Source of the DNA: Asterias rubens
Taxonomy: Eukaryota
Assembly: GCF_902459465.1 (NCBI RefSeq)
Contig: NC_047070.1
Location: 13,454,001-13,518,000 of the forward strand
Length of the DNA stretch: 64,000 nucleotides
Reading direction: 5' to 3'
Part shown: positions 10,926 through 23,746 of the stretch, in pieces
How positions within the stretch are numbered: position 1 is the first letter of the stretch
How the letters are laid out: each line of letters starts with the position of its first letter
The notes under the pieces: generated by a model
The model's database searches: none
What the model was told of the DNA's origin: nothing
Seen by the model: only the letters and a program-made list of their open reading frames with translations
Translations under genes and position numbers: made by a program

Positions 10926-11866
10926 TTAACGGAAATGGTATTTAGACTTGTTTATAATGCACTTGTTGACCATTTTAATGTAATTTTGATATGTTTACAC
11001 TTCTGAGTTTTTCGTAATTATCGATTAAAAAATCAGGCCCCAACCTAAAGGTTTTGAAAAACTAAAAACACTTCTGCCGTTGAGAGCGCGCGCCAAAGGA
11101 CAATGCCGCTGACGTCATTTGTTGGAGTTTGCTTTGTTATACCTCCACGCTGCAACAAAGCGGCTTTACAAATTGGAGCTCCCAACTATGACGTTTTAAG
11201 AGTGATTACGTAACGGGGCTTTTCGCAAATCTCTCAGAAAAGCACTGGATAAGGGTATTCAAAATGATTGTTTTTTTACACAATCAAAATCTATTTATAA
11301 TCATATGACTCGATTTCCTTATTCATTGAAAACATTTTAAATGGAATTCAGCAAAGTTCACGACTTGACATTTTCGTTCAAGCAGGTCTTTAACGGAAAT
11401 GCTACTTTAACTTGTTTATAATGCGTTTGTTCACCATTTAAATGTAATTTTTATATGTGTACACTACTGAATTTTCGCAATTATGGATTAAAAAATCAGG
11501 CCCCAACCTCAAGGTTTTGAAAAACTAAAAACACTTCTGTCGTTGACGGCGTGCGTAAAAATGACAATGGTTGACGTCATGTCTGGGAGTTTGCTTTGTT
11601 ATACCTTCACGCTGCAACAAAGCTGCAACAAAGCGGACATACAAATTGGAGCTCCCAACTATGACGTAATATGAGTGATTACGTAACGGAGCTTTTCGCA
11701 AATCTTTCAGAAAAGCGCTGGATAAGGATATTTGAAATGATTGTTTTTTTACACAATTAAAATCCTTTTATAGTCATATGACTCGATTTCCTTATTGATT
11801 GAAAACATTTCAAATGAAATTCAGCAAAGTTCCTGACTTGACATTTTTGTTCAAGCAGGTCTTTAA
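10926..11866. mobile_element. Head-to-tail dimer of a ~465-bp TTAA-bounded element (family D)
   Basis: TTAA at 10926, 11390 and 11863; both units align along their full length. Confidence 0.9.
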
Positions 11867-11972
11867 TGTTTTTAGTGACTCGTCAGCAAGATCAATTAGC
11901 TTGTCGTTTAACTGGTCCAGCAGCTTTTTCAATCATCCAAATTTGAAACGAGATGGTGATGCTTTTTAAGAC

Positions 11973-12358
11973 TGAAAGGCAGTGGACACTATTGGTAGTT
12001 ACTCAAAATAATTATCGGCATAAAACCTTTCTTGATTGTGAGTAATGGGGAGAGGTTGATAGTATAAAACATTGTGAGAAACGGCTCCCTCTGAAGTGAC
12101 GTAGTTTTCGAGAAAAACGTAATTTTCCACGAATTTGATTTTGAGACCTCAAGTTTAGAATTTGAGGTCTCAAAATCAACCATCTAAACGCACACAACTT
12201 CATGTGATAAGGGTGTTTTTTCTTTCATTATTACCTTGCAACTTCGATGACCAATCAAGCTCAAATTTTCACAGGTTTGCTATTTTATGCATATGTTGAG
12301 ATACACCAAGTGAGAAGACTGGATTTTGACAATTACAAATAGTGTTCATTGTCTTTAA
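11973..12358 (-). mobile_element. MITE family A
   Basis: Reverse-orientation full copy. Confidence 0.9.
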
Positions 12359-12489
12359 ATAGCAAGATGGACCACATTGGAGTGAATGTGTTATATGTAG
12401 TATTTTGCCAACATCTGATTTTACGGGAGAACACCCGACTTATCTGCCTTCCCTTGTTCCCTTGCTGCATGTATGCAGACCTAGGATTT

Positions 12490-12625
12490 CATCTCTGAAA
12501 GGGCAAGGCCATTTTATTTTGCAAAGGTTGTTTTTCATTGGAAAATCTTAAAGTCAAAGGGAAACTTTTCAGCGTGCACGGAAGGCCAACCATTGCCTCC
12601 TTGGTCTGCGTGTAATAGACCTGTA
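12490..12625 (+). mobile_element. Degenerate family H copy
   Basis: gaaagggcaaggcc...cattgcctccttggtctgcgtgtaatagacctg resembles family H. Confidence 0.45.
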
Positions 12626-13016
12626 CATCAAATGCTTCCTTATTACTGCAATTTGCATTGTTGTCAAAATAATATGGTAATATTTGTTGTCAAATAATTG
12701 TTCTCCTGTATATTTTTATTATGCCTGTGCAATAATTTTTTACCATTTTTATATTGTAGTTTTCCATCTTCTCTGTGATTTGGTTTACTTGTTATAGTAT
12801 TTCATTGTTTTGTTCGGTTGTTTGCCTGTAGTTGTGCTTGTCCCTTGTTAAATTTTGTTTATTATGTGTAAACAAGGGACCCCAGGTCGGGCTTCCCTTT
12901 TGCACCAATGTTATTTTTTATGTATTTGTGCAATGAAGGTAACAACAAAATAAAATAAAAAATAAGTACAAATTTTATGCAAATCCCTGTAAAAAAACAT
13001 CTGCACATGTACTTAC

Positions 13017-13125
13017 CTCTTGCCTGACTATTGTGTACGGATGTAGAGAAGTATGCAACATATTGGACAGTCTTTTTAGCTCCTTCAAGATCATCTCAAT
13101 GTACCATACTTGAAACTCAAAATTA
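13017..13125 (-). CDS. Exon 8 of MUN-domain gene
   Basis: ttgtcctccAG ... GTaagt; 109 nt, phase 2 to 0; NFEFQVWYIEMILKELKRLSNMLHTSLHPYTIVRQE. Confidence 0.88.
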
Positions 13126-13227
13126 CTGGAGGACAACAATAATGAGTTGGAAAATTAATTAGATGTAAATCAATGATAAGGAAAAACAAAACTGATGTTA
13201 TGATTGTACATAGTACATGATACATAC

Positions 13228-13277
13228 CTGGTGTTTGCCATGTATTCCAGGTAGATTATCATTCTGTACCACTCTCC
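13228..13277 (-). CDS. Exon 7 of MUN-domain gene
   Basis: ctaaactttacAG ... GTatgt; 50 nt, phase 0 to 2; GEWYRMIIYLEYMANT. Confidence 0.87.
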
Positions 13278-13579
13278 CTGTAAAGTTTAGAGAAAATATA
13301 ATACTATTTCATTCCTTTGTTTCTGTTTTTTCTCATCATTCAATGAAGTTTGGAAGAGACAGAACCTTTATGGTCAAGACATTTAAATGCCATTTCCTTT
13401 CTGGATTCAACATAAGGGCACATTGGTAATGAATAATTCGTAGTTGTATTATCCACAGCTTACATAGATTTATTATTTGTTTGTGGTTTCTGTGCTTTTC
13501 TTGTTTAGTTATTTCTTCTCTCACTCTTTCAATTCCGCTAGTCTTACGTTTTCTTCCTTTTAGATGCAAAGTAAGCTGC

Positions 13580-14554
13580 CAGTGTTGTAGCTAGGACATT
13601 TTTAGTGGTGGGCGCAGCTGAATTTAAACTTGGTCAGAGATTGCGAGCATTGCGCACGTACTTTGTTGTAAGGATTGTTTTCAGGGCTAAATATTAACAT
13701 TCCAATCGCGCCAAATGCACATTATGTAAGATTCAAGAATCACAATTTTAAAGTATAATTAAAATTATTATTACAAAAATGTTTCATTCTCAGCACTAAC
13801 TGAAGCTGTACGAGATACTGTTATATCATCTTCCAATCTTTTCCGTTTTCCAAAAGAAGTTGTCCAGCTTACATTGCGAGGCCATCTTAAAATTTACACA
13901 GTTCTCATTCAAGTTAAAAACCCAGCGCGCTGTCACACGTGTGGACGAAGCGAACGTGTTTACATGCCTATATGTGCATCCGGGATACGCGAACTCGTAC
14001 ACTAGACTTTACACACCCCTTGTACTGTTGTGTGGCGATACTGTTTGTGTGTACATGGAATGCATGAAATCCCCACGAAAACCTCACGACTAGACTTGTA
14101 GTGCACTCTAGGGTCTACCACATCCGCTGGTGTACACCACATGTACATACATACATCGTGTACATGTGCACGGTACCAGCACTACTCAGACTGTATAGAC
14201 GGTACGCCTTCTGCACTGTACTATAGTTCGTTCAATAAAAACATCAGGGCACATTTCACGAAGAAAACTTCACAAGATTGCAAGAGGCAAGTTACGTGGG
14301 AAACACGATTGAGGTTTTTATTGCTCGAAATTCTGGCACAAAAAATACAAACTGCATTTAAAATGACAAAACACGAAAAAACATGACATTTTAGTCTTGC
14401 AATGTGATCAATATCAGCAGAACTTTAATTTTTTTAATTAATTTTGGGGGAAATGTTGTGGTGGGTGGCAGTCTATTTTCAGCTGTAGTGCCGGGCGGAA
14501 ATTGTCAGTGCTGGGCGGGCCCGCCCACCGCCGCCCACTGTGGCTACAACACTG
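13580..14554. mobile_element. ~975-bp non-autonomous hAT-like element
   Basis: 12-bp TIR CAGTGTTGTAGC/GCTACAACACTG; 8-bp flanks taagctgc/ttagctgc (1 mismatch). Confidence 0.75.
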
Positions 14555-14619
14555 TTAGCTGCTCTCCTTTGGCCTGTCAATTAACTTATTCTTTCTAACG
14601 CCCTCTGTGTGATCTCAGT

Positions 14620-15005
14620 TTAAAGACACTAGACACTATTGGTAATTGTCAAAGACCAGTCTTCTCACTTGCTGTATCTCAACATATGCATAAAATAACA
14701 AGTCTGTGAAAATTTGAGCTCAATTGGTCATCGAAGTTGCGAGATAATAATGAAAGAAAAAACACCCTTGTCACACAAAGTTGTGTGCTTTCAGATGCTT
14801 GATTACGAGACCTCAAATTCTAAACTTGAGGTCTCGAAATCAAATCCGTGGAAAATTACTTCTTTCTCGAAAACTACGTCACTTCAGAGGGAGCTGTTTC
14901 TCACAATGTTTTATTCCATCAAACCCTCCCCTTTACTCATTACCAAGTAAGTTTTTATGCTAATAATTATTTTGAGTAGTTACCAATAGTGTCGACTGCC
15001 TTTAA
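14620..15005 (+). mobile_element. MITE family A
   Basis: Full copy with TTAA flanks. Confidence 0.9.
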
Positions 15006-15091
15006 AGCTATACTCATTGACTCTGGGTCTGCTCATGCATGGTTCAGCAAGGGGACAAAGATAGTGGCAGGCAGTAGGATAAATGTCTTAC

Positions 15092-15188
15092 CACGCCATA
15101 GCGAAGACCAAATTCTTTAAGAAGTCTTCTTGATGCAGAGGTGAACATAGAGGTTGAATAGCTACCCACACCTTCTCTCTTATCCAAC
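15092..15188 (-). CDS. Exon 6 of MUN-domain gene
   Basis: attctattctAG ... GTaaga; 97 nt, phase 2 to 0; LDKREGVGSYSTSMFTSASRRLLKEFGLRYGV; with exon 7 gives LLKEFGLRYGVGEWY, like Munc13 IVDEFAMRYGVESIY (recalled). Confidence 0.9.
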
Positions 15189-16743
15189 CTAGAATAGAAT
15201 CATTGAAATCAGCGTCATTCAAAGTTTAGCTGAAAGGAAAACATACTCTGCTTCCGTTTGCCATACTTTGTACTGAAGTTTGACCATTCTTCCCATTTTA
15301 GTCTTTTGTTATTTGAGTTAAGGCATCACAACTGAGTGACGATTGAAATGATACCTGAGAATTATTAATGTGTGTCAGATTTACCAATTACTGGGTGCAT
15401 TGGATTAGCTTCATGTTGACCCAGATCAAACCCCAGTGATTTAGAGTAGCTTGGATGTCATTGTCGAAGCTCACCTGGACGGGTCAAGCAACTTAGATCC
15501 ACAATTGCGAGACCGGGATCCTGCAACAAGATTGGTTGCAGGCGTGAAAACGCGGTCAGGTTCCCACTTGAGTATGATCGCGCATTGATCCCCCCTTTTG
15601 GGGATTGGAAGTGGGCTCAAAAAGACACTGTTTTTTGCTAGCTAATTGCCGGTCTGATCGCCCTTTGCGTTCTCACTAGACTTTTGATAGCCCATTAATC
15701 CAAAAGGGCGATCAGATCCTGCTTTAATCCTAGGAGAATCAACACTGCACGGTCAGATCCTCATCGCCCCTGCATTCCCGCTGGAGCCTGTTTCTCGTTG
15801 ATCCCCCTTTGATCGCCGTTTCGGGGTCTTGATCGCCCTTTTCTCGAATTGGGAGATCATTGCGGGGTCCAGAGGGAATGGGGTCATACTCAGGTCTGAC
15901 CTGTACGCATGACACCACAACAAAAAATGTCCTCAACGGCAACCATCATTAATCATAGTGGGACACTTTCAAAAACTTTGACCCAGATTTTCATCCTTGC
16001 TTTTGGTTTTTCAAACTGCAGATATGTACAGGCATGACCCTTGGTTCTTAGAAAAAAATAGGAAATGTTTGTTCAGTACGAGGCTGCTCTGAAATAGGCT
16101 ATAGAAGACTTTTTAAGGCCATTTAATCACAATCTGATTTTCTGAAGGGCAAAACAATCGTCAGACTAAAGTAGGAAGAATATCATGCCTATTTGGTATG
16201 TACTTCGATATTAATCTAAGCTAGTAAAACAATTTAACATTGCAGTTTTACCACGAGAATATATTCATTCATATGATCTTTTTGTGGATCTACATACATG
16301 TACAAAGCATATTATACATTATAAACAATAAAGACAGAGGTTCTGCATGGTCAGCTTTTCCAAGTTGATCGGTATAAATCGTCGGGGAAGTCAACGTTAA
16401 ATTTGTCAGGTCCTTATCTTGTCCTAAAGGGCAAACTAATTGAAAATTCTATAGTCCTTTAATTCCTTCTTTATTAACCTTTATCTCAGGAAGTACCAAC
16501 CTCTATCTCAGGATGGACTTCCTGAATTACAGCCAATTATTTGGCCTTACACCAGTTGGCCTTACACATTGTTTTCCCTTGACCAGTTGACCGATCCCAT
16601 TATTGTGCACATTTTAAATTTTTTCAGTTCCTTTGTTTTTAATATGTCATATGTCAGATATAAAAATCCCTGCAATCATTATAAATTGTAAATAACTTAA
16701 ATCAGACTATTTTATTTCAAAATGGAAAGATGGTGAATGTGTG

Positions 16744-17087
16744 TTAAAGCCATTGGACACTTTCGGTAAAAAAAAAAGAAAAAAAAGTTCACAGATTTAC
16801 AAATAACTTACAGGGTTTACAGAAGGTAATGGTGAAAGACAAATATTATTCAATGACATGCTTTATTTTTTGAGAAAACATTAAAACAATACAGATTTAT
16901 TTAAAACATATGTCATGACACGGCGAAACGTGCGGAAACAAGGGTGGGTTTTCCCGGTATTTTCTCCCGACCCCGATGACCGATTGAGCCTAAATTTTCA
17001 CAGGTTTGTTATTTTATATATAAGTTGTGATTCACGAAGTGTGGGTCTTTGGACAATACTGTTTACCAAAAGTGTCTAATGGCTTAA
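16744..17087 (+). mobile_element. MITE family B (TTAA-flanked)
   Basis: ttaa-AGCCATTGGACACTTTCGG ... AAAGTGTCTAATGGCT; second copy at 28975. Confidence 0.85.
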
Positions 17088-17162
17088 ATGCATTTTCCCT
17101 CATTCTTCTAGGTAATCACTTATTAGGCCTAAATTGTGGCAAAACTTCTAATCAAACTTTAC

Positions 17163-17329
17163 CTAATAAGTCTGACCATAAGATCTTGATACTCCTGATG
17201 AACACTCTGCCAGAAGATTGGTTTGACCATGCTGCCGACTGGTGAAGGAAGAGCAAACTGCCAGAACCCTTCAATCAACTCCCCAATGTGTTGTCTCTCA
17301 CTCTGCTGCCAATTATCGTATACTCTAGA
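17163..17329 (-). CDS. Exon 5 of MUN-domain gene
   Basis: gtttgaaatAG ... GTaaag; 167 nt, phase 0 to 2; SRVYDNWQQSERQHIGELIEGFWQFALPSPVGSMVKPIFWQSVHQEYQDLMVRLI. Confidence 0.85.
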
Positions 17330-17694
17330 CTATTTCAAACAAACAACAACATACAAAGTGAGAATTTGAACTGGTGGAGGGTGGTGGGTTTGAATTGTAT
17401 GTAAAGCACTCAAATCACATTGGTGTGGGTCATAACTAAATCCTTTTACTGTGCTTCAGGATCCTTTTCTTGTTACTCGTGTGAGTTATTTTCAGTCAAA
17501 AAGTAACTTTTTGAATAATTTGTTTTGTAAATGAAATTACCACATAAAGCTGTTTTCTTTTTGCCCATGTAGAACCTTTAAATATTTGTTGTGTTTGTGA
17601 AGCATAATCAGACTTTCGGAACGCTCCTATGCAAACCAATGTAGCGGTCCCATCAACCAACGCCTGGTTTACAAATGGCCTCCTAGGAAGGAGA

Positions 17695-17820
17695 TGAAAG
17701 GCCTCATGACAAGGCAATATAATACACAACATTGGCTGCTATGTGAATCAGGAACAATGAAAGGCCTCATGACAAGGCCATATAATACACATCATTGGCT
17801 GGTATAAGAATAAGGAACAA
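17695..17820. repeat. 63-bp tandem duplication
   Basis: tgaaaggcctcatgacaagg(c/a)..ataatacaca...ggaacaat occurs twice. Confidence 0.85.
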
Positions 17821-19339
17821 TTCTGCAATAATCAGGCACAAGTCAATATGCAAAGAGATTAATCCATTCACTGTTTGCAGTACCATTAGCCATGGGCTAT
17901 CAACAAATGACCCCATAATCCCCAGAGAAATGGTTGCATGTACATGCAATCTAGTACAGCATCTTGCCATACATGAATGAGGCTTGAAGACATGACCACC
18001 ACCAACAGACAAATAGACTTGAATGCCACTTTACAAATCGGCCGCTATATGTCATGTAGAAGTTTTAAGGGCTAATGTGTGCTCTGAAGCAAACTCAGAT
18101 TAAAAGTTTAATTAAAAGTTTAGTTTTATGTAAGAAGTTTTGAAATAATGTCCAGAAGCAACTTAAAATGGATGTCACTTAAGCTCAAACCATGCTCTAG
18201 TAAAGAACAAAATGAAGCCTTCCCATTGGATGAAAGTTGTCTCACATTTGACACCAATAGCCAAGACCTTATGGGTTTTGCTGGTATGTACACCACGTGA
18301 ATGTCATGGAAGTTGGGTTAAGCCTCTCATATGCAGCCCTTTAAAATCATTAATGCCAAAACTTGCAGACGTTCCATAACCTTACAGTTTGACCTTAGCA
18401 TGCTGCAAAGTAAATAGCACTATATGAACAATGGTTTGCTTCCACTTCCAATATGAAAGTTTCAATGTACTTTGGACATTCTACCATGATTCAGCACAGT
18501 CATAAATATCTTGACAATACAAACATCAAAATAAACAAACCAAAGAAACAAACAAGGCCAGTGAAGTATGAAAAGTGTCAAAACCTCGAACATGTCAAAA
18601 CAAAACAAATGGTCTGCAGTACCCATTACATTAACACTTCATACAACTATCATGCAAAAATGCTACAAAAAGGGAAACAAGATGGCTCAGTTATGCCAAA
18701 TGTACATGTACATGTACAGTGCACGTTTATACGACCCTTTTGATCACACATTGCACTAGTAGTCCATTCGGAGGCATTTCTCACAACTTCTGATTAGTTT
18801 CAGACAGACACAGCTTTAAAGGAAACTTGGGTCTTTGCTTCGAGCCACGTCATGCCATCTAAACTTTATTTGTAGCTACCAGTGGTCCATCCACCAATCA
18901 TGCATTCAAATAAAGTGTGCTCCTTGAGTGATGGGAAAACTTCCTAAAGAACACAGGTTTCTTCCCAAAGAACCCAGGTTTCCTCCTAAATAAAAGAACA
19001 CATGTTTCTTCATAAAGAACCCTAGTTTTTTTCCTGAAAAACCCAATTTTCAAGCACAAGAAACTCAACCTCTTGGTATAGCCCGTCTTTTACTGCCTGC
19101 CATAAATCCCCGTAAATGCCCTGGGCAAACCTCTGTTTTAACAATACAAAACGCTAAGCTGATAACACTTTATCTGTCTCGTGATTTAGAGGCTTCACTC
19201 AGGGAACTAGTGGATCACGTGTACAACGTATGACGTTCCAAGAATTAGCCAGATATTTGTTGACTTTGATGGAACAATCTTTATTTGCATCTGGATATAG
19301 GGTGAACATCAGTTGAATAGAAATAGTGGTGCAAATATG

Positions 19340-19790
19340 TTTCATTTATTAAAACAATATGACCAAAGAATAATTGACTAGAGGTAGATTTTAACCTGTG
19401 ATTTACAATCCAACGCACTACAAACTGAGTTATCTAGCCTATATTGGCAGTCTCGCTATTTTGTCAATATCTCTGTGGGTGTCAGTCATAAGCCATTTAA
19501 CCTGTAACTGCAGTGATCCTTCTCCTGTTGCTTCGTAGATTGTATCATGAACCTGGCTACAGTTACCAGGTTGACTGGCTTCTGACTGGCATCCTCGAAC
19601 AAAGATATTGACAAAAGAGGGAGATTGCTATAAAGGGCTATATATAATGTAGCTCAGTTGGTAGAGCACCGCCACATTGATTCAGAGATCACAGGTTCAA
19701 ATCCTGCTCTAGACAATAGTTTTTGTTCAACTTTAGCAAATTAACAAAAGTTTACCCAGTCAGTTTCCCTTGTGGTTTATTACATTTTTA
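19340..19790. mobile_element. Palindromic element with two outward-facing tRNA-like modules
   Basis: Arms ~19368-19512 and ~19555-19725 are inverted copies; right arm has A box tagctcagttggtagagc and B box ggttcaaatcc. Confidence 0.75.
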
Positions 19791-19926
19791 AAACAAACAA
19801 CCTATTGCAGATGTATGGTTTCATAATTTGGATCACAGACAATTCTAGAAGACTAGAGAATTATTAAAACTAAGCATCTCTTTAAAGCTAGCCATACTTT
19901 CAAGTGATAAGATAATCTCTGTTTAC

Positions 19927-20007
19927 CTTAAAAGCTTGTGGATGATAGAATGGATGCTTGTTGTTTTCAACGACACTCAGCCTGCTCACCAACTCCTCAA
20001 CAAGAAT
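19927..20007 (-). CDS. Exon 4 of MUN-domain gene
   Basis: cttgtaccttgcAG ... GTaaac; 81 nt, phase 0 to 0; ILVEELVSRLSVVENNKHPFYHPQAFK. Confidence 0.85.
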
Positions 20008-20050
20008 CTGCAAGGTACAAGTACATGTATATAATGGATATTAGACTATA

Positions 20051-22440
20051 CACAGGTACCTTGATGCTAAAGACCCCTTCCACAATGCACAATGCACCTT
20101 CACAGGTACCTTGATGCTAAAGACCCCTTCCACAACGCACAATACACCTTCACAGGTACCTTGATGCTAAAGACCCCTTCCACAATGCACAATGCACCTT
20201 CACAGGTACCTTGATGCTAAAGACCCCTTCCACAATGCACCTTCACAGGTACCTTGATGCTAAAGACCCCTTCCACAACGCACAATGCACCTTCACAGGT
20301 ACCTTGATGCTAAAGACCCCTTCCACAACGCACAATGCACCTTCACAGGTACCTTGAAGCTAAAGACCCCTTCCACAATGCACAATGCACCTTCACAGGT
20401 ACCTTGATGCTAAAGACCCCTTCCACAATGCACCTTCACAGGTACCTTGATGCTAAAGACACCTTCCACAACGCACAATGCACCTAAAAAGGTACCATGA
20501 TGCTAAAGATCCCTTCCACAACGCACAATGCAACTTCACAGGTACCTTGATGCTAAAGATCCCTTCCACAACGCACAATGCACCTTCACAGGTACCTTGA
20601 TGCTAAAGATCCCTTCCACAACGCACAATGCACCTTCACAGGTACCTTGATGCTAAAGACACCTTCCACAACGCACAATGCACCTACACAGGTACCTTGA
20701 TGCTCAAGACCCCTTCCACAACGCACAATGCACCTTCACAGGTACCTTGATGCTAAAGATCCCTTCCACAGCGCACAATGCACCTTCACAGGTACCTTGA
20801 TGCTAAAGACCCCTTCCACAGCACACAATGCACCTTCACAGGTACCTTGATGCTAAAGACCCCTTCCACAACGCACAATGCACCTTCACAGGTACCTTGA
20901 TGCTAAAGACCCCGTCCACAATGCACAATGCACCTTCACAGGTACCTTGATGCTAAAGACCCCTTCCACAACGCACAATGCACCTTCACAGGTACCTTGA
21001 TGCTAAAGACCCCTTCCACAACGCACAATGCACCTTCACAGGTACCTTGATGCTAAAGACACCTTCCACAGCGCACAATGCACCTTCACAGGTACCTTGA
21101 TGCTAAAGACCCCTTCCACAACGCACAATGCACCTTCACAGGTACCTTGATGCTAAAGACACCTTCCACAACGCACAATGCACCTTCACAGGTACCTTGA
21201 TGCTAAAGACCCCTTCCACAATGCACAATGCACCTTCACAGGTACCTTGAAGCTAAAGACCCCTTCCACAACGCACAATGCACCTTCACAGGTACCTTGA
21301 TGCTAAAGACCCCTTCCACAACGCACAATGCACCTTCACAGGTACCTTGATGCTCAAGACCCCTTCCACAACGCACAATGCACCTTCACAGGTACCTTGA
21401 TGCTAAAGATACCTTCCACAACGCACAATGCACCTTCACAGGTACCTTGATGCTCAAGACACCTTCCACAACGCACAATGCACCTTCACAGGTACCTTGA
21501 TGCTAAAGACACCTTCCACAACGCACAATGCACCTTCACAGGTACCTTGATGCTAAAGACCCCTTCCACAATGCACAATGCACCTTCACAGGTACCTTGA
21601 TGCTAAAGACCCCTTCCACAATGCACAATGCACCTTCACAGGTACCTTGATGCTAAAGACCCCTTCCACAATGCACAATGCACCTTCACAGGTACCTTGA
21701 TGCTAAAGACCCCTTCCACAATGCACAATGCACCTTCACAGGTACCTTGATGCTAAAGACCCCTTCCACAACGCACAATGCACCTTCACAGGTACCTTGA
21801 TGCTAAAGACACCTTCCACAACACACAATGCACCTTCACAGGTACCTTGATGCTAAAGACACCTTCCACAACGCACAATACACCTTCACAGGTACCTTGA
21901 TGCTAAAGACCCCTTCCACAACGCACAATGCACCTTCACAGGTACCTTGATGCTAAAGACCCCTTCCACAACGCACAATGCACCTTCACAGGTACCTTGA
22001 TGCTAAAGACCCCTTCCACAACACACAATGCACCTTCACAGGTACCTTGATGCTAAAGACCCCTTCCACAACGCACAATGCACCTTCACAGGTACCTTGA
22101 TGCTAAAGACACCTTCCACAACGCACAATGCACCTTCACAGGTACCTTGATGCTAAAGACACCTTCCACAACGCACAATGCACCTTCACAGGTACCTTGA
22201 TGCTAAAGACACCTTCCACAGCGCACAATGCACCTTCACAGGTACCTTGATGCTAAAGACCCCTTCCACAACGCACAATGCACCTTCACAGGTACCTTGA
22301 TGCTAAAGACACCTTCCACAACGCACAATGCACCTTCACAGGTACCTTGATGCTAAAGACCCCTTCCACAACGCACAATGCACCTTCACAGGTACCTTGA
22401 TGCTAAAGACACCTTCCACAACGCACAATGCACCTTCACA
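20051..22440. repeat. Intronic 50-bp satellite, ~48 units
   Basis: Unit cacaggtaccttgatgctaaagaccccttccacaacgcacaatgcacctt; two 43-bp variants lacking cacaatg. Confidence 0.98.
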
Positions 22441-22680
22441 TGCCCATTCTGTGCGCTTTTTGGGGAGTCAAAGTAAGCATAGAGGAATTGACTTCCAAAA
22501 GGCGGAAATGATAGAAGCACATCGTCGGAGGTGCTTTCCACAGTGTGTCTACAGATGAAGATGGGTGGCAATCAAACATGAATTCTATTATAACAGAACT
22601 CAACAGAGCATCAATCTGATGCAATATAAATCTGCGCAAGACCAAAACTTTAGTTTTGTGGTCTTAGTAACTAAGGTAAT

Positions 22681-22846
22681 ACATAGATTTGGTTTGTGGT
22701 AACACTATGTGTGTATCTACTTGCCAGGTAGAGTTTGTTCTTGGAGAACTGTCTTGCTTTATTCTACTGCCAGGAGATACACACATGGTGTTACCGCAAA
22801 CCAAATATATATTGAAACCTCACCATGCAATGCCTCAAATCCTATA
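22681..22846 (-). mobile_element. Family K copy forming a hairpin
   Basis: atagatttggtttgtggtaacactatgtgtgtatct ... agatacacacatggtgttaccgcaaaccaaatatat. Confidence 0.75.
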
Positions 22847-23407
22847 TATATGGTAATAGACCTTTCTTTTGCAACGTCACAGCCCGAGTTTTTGCCAACC
22901 CAGATTGGAAAACTATGGAAAGCCGTAAGTGCAAATTAAGAAAAGATCGCTATTTTTTGTAACAATGTAACAAAATTTGTTAATTTTGTTAAAAACAAAA
23001 CAAATAATTATGAGAGGTATTTTATTTAATTGAAAGTTTGCAGAAAATGCTGAATTTGGTTAAAACATCTGTTTTTAAGATTGAGTGTTTTACTAATATT
23101 CGGCCGACCATGCCAACCAAGGCGGTTTGTTTATCAACAAAAGAAAGGTCTATACATGTAATAGAGGGAAAAACTATAGAGGGCACATAGAGCTACAAAT
23201 GACACAACAAAATTGATTGGTCTATGAATATACATGTAAGACTTTACTCAACTACATGAACATCTATTTGTGTGGCCATTACACCTGTTACACTGAACAA
23301 CATTTTGGCATGGAGCTATCGTAACATAAACTGCTTTACATATTTTGGAGTGTGAATTCTATACTTGGAAGGACAAAAAATAGTCTGTTCCCTTAGTGCA
23401 TACAAAT

Positions 23408-23685
23408 CATAGAGTTATATATATGTTGATGCTTCTTGCACAAACGTGACGGGACCGCAAGGAGACACGCGCGCGCCATTCTGTACGCGCGTTGAATATG
23501 AAACACACGTTGGAGTTTGTGTTTATTGAACGCTACGCGATGCTGTTTTGTCAACTTACAAAATGGCCGCACAAACACACGCTGTGAGATGCCTGTTTTG
23601 TCAACTTAGAAAATGGCTGCCTGCGCGCATGCCGGGTCGCGTATATAGGCCAGTGCGCCCTCTAGTTCTTTTATATAACTCTATG
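23408..23685. mobile_element. 278-bp MITE family J (hAT- or P-like)
   Basis: TIR CATAGAGTTATATA/TATATAACTCTATG; perfect 8-bp TSD atacaaat at 23400-23407 and 23686-23693. Confidence 0.85.
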
Positions 23686-23746
23686 ATACAAATGTAAGTA
23701 TCATTGTCATATAGGCAGGGAACCTGACAAGATTATTTCTTCTTAC

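Noticed and set aside
19648-19712. tRNA gene (likewise at 24470, 24735, 33880 and 50900)
   Set aside because: A and B boxes are present, but the anticodon and acceptor stems do not pair and each is embedded in a repeat body.
20051-22440. CRISPR-like array (also considered for 30639-30998 and 49596-50777)
   Set aside because: No unique spacers and no cas genes; eukaryotic intronic or intergenic tandem repeats.
22434-22548. Coding exon HTVESTSDDVLLSFPPFGSQFLYAYFDSPKSAQNGHVK
   Set aside because: Needs a phase-2 upstream exon but exon 3 ends in phase 0; weak donor; KAPAR-ILVEEL joins directly.
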